Source: Mobula hypostoma
Lineage: Eukaryota
Direction: 5' to 3'
Length of the DNA stretch: 64,000 nucleotides
Assembly: GCF_963921235.1 (NCBI RefSeq)
Contig: NC_086097.1
Location: 806,001 to 870,000 of the forward strand
The notes under the pieces were generated by a model that worked only from the letters and a program-made list of their open reading frames with translations, ran no database searches and had not been told where the DNA came from. Below are positions 63,129 through 64,000 of this stretch, piece by piece. Position numbers and translations under genes: made by a program. Each line of letters opens with the position of its first letter. Position 1 is the first letter of the stretch.

Positions 63129-63749
63129 AACTTTTACTATCTGTTTTGATATTTTGTGCCAGTTTATTTTTATAATCTAGCTTCCCTTTCTTTATTGCTC
63201 GCTTTGTGGTACTTTGTTGCTTTTTAAAGTTTTACTGATCTTCCAGTTTCCCACTATTCTTGGCGACTTTTTATGCACAATTTTTAGTTTGATGCCTTCT
63301 TTTATTGCCTTTTCTCATTCCGTTGAATGTTGTTTTTGTTGCATGTGTGAAAACACACCGCGGCAAGTTCCTAATACATGTAAATGTATACGGCAAACAA
63401 AGTTGATGCTTCCTTGATCCTTGAAACCCATCTGGTCACGGGGACAATGTACAAAGTTCTTACCAACCCTGCAGGAATTGAACTCCATTCGGTAATCACC
63501 GGCACTCAGAAGTGACGCACTGACTGCTAGTTAACAATGCTGCTCTAACCATGTCTTCAGAAGAGACAGTTACCACAAAACTGAGCACCTGTGGTTCTTC
63601 ACCAGTTCCTGTCTGTTAGTCGGATGTTGACCCTTGCATCTGCATATCTGTGTTTCCTGCGGTTTGGAAGGACGTTAAGTTTCTGACTGGGATCGTGGAA
63701 CATTCTGGGGCCACGTCACATACTCCAACTAGTGAAGACTAGGAAAAGT

Positions 63750-64000
63750 ACCCACAGGAAAGATGTCAATATGATTAAAGGAGTACAGAGAAAATTTACA
63801 AGGATTTTGCCAGAACCTTTCCGGTGCTTCACGAAACTAGTGTGCAGAATGCCTGATAATTCCTGCATTTCCCAAACCCATAATTAATGTCAGGGTCTCC
63901 TGCATCAGAAGGGAGCGGTAGTCACTTTAGGACCTTGTCCCTCAGCATCAGAGTACAGAGAAAATTTACAACAATGTTGCCAGGACTTGAGGACCAAATA
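63750..64000 (+). mobile_element. Short degenerate CR1 fragments
   Basis: AGAGTACAGAGAAAATTTACAA (RVQRKFT) occurs at ~63780 and ~63950. Confidence 0.55.

Noticed and set aside
63540..63750. Unique-looking segment with a possible minus-strand acceptor
   Set aside because: All three minus frames hit stops and no homology was recognised; not supportable as an exon.

Overview
Repeat-dominated vertebrate DNA, probably from a cartilaginous fish (shark or ray). That assignment is inferred from the mix of CR1, Rex1/Babar-type and palindromic Penelope-like repeats, not from a database search. No intact host protein-coding gene can be supported. Bases 1-16354 are a 38-bp satellite with irregular kb-scale higher-order duplications. 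The remainder is a mosaic of nested non-LTR retrotransposons: several CR1 subfamilies (one near full length, with ORF1 zinc-finger/esterase and ORF2 APE-RT), at least four Rex1/Babar-type families and an RTE remnant. There are also a solo LTR, a Tc1 remnant, a hAT MITE, minisatellites of 24, 33, 38/39, 40 and 48 bp, a CpG island with a minus-strand splice donor, and one candidate exon. Most notable: (1) short palindromic Penelope-like insertions with 13-14 bp target-site duplications (TSDs) carrying minimal hammerhead-ribozyme cores, one with an arm starting at the predicted cleavage site; (2) a head-to-head composite of two different LINE clades filling a single break in a third LINE; (3) inverted, degenerate relatives of the large satellite about 30 kb away. 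Family assignments rest on motifs recognised by eye, and many boundaries are approximate.
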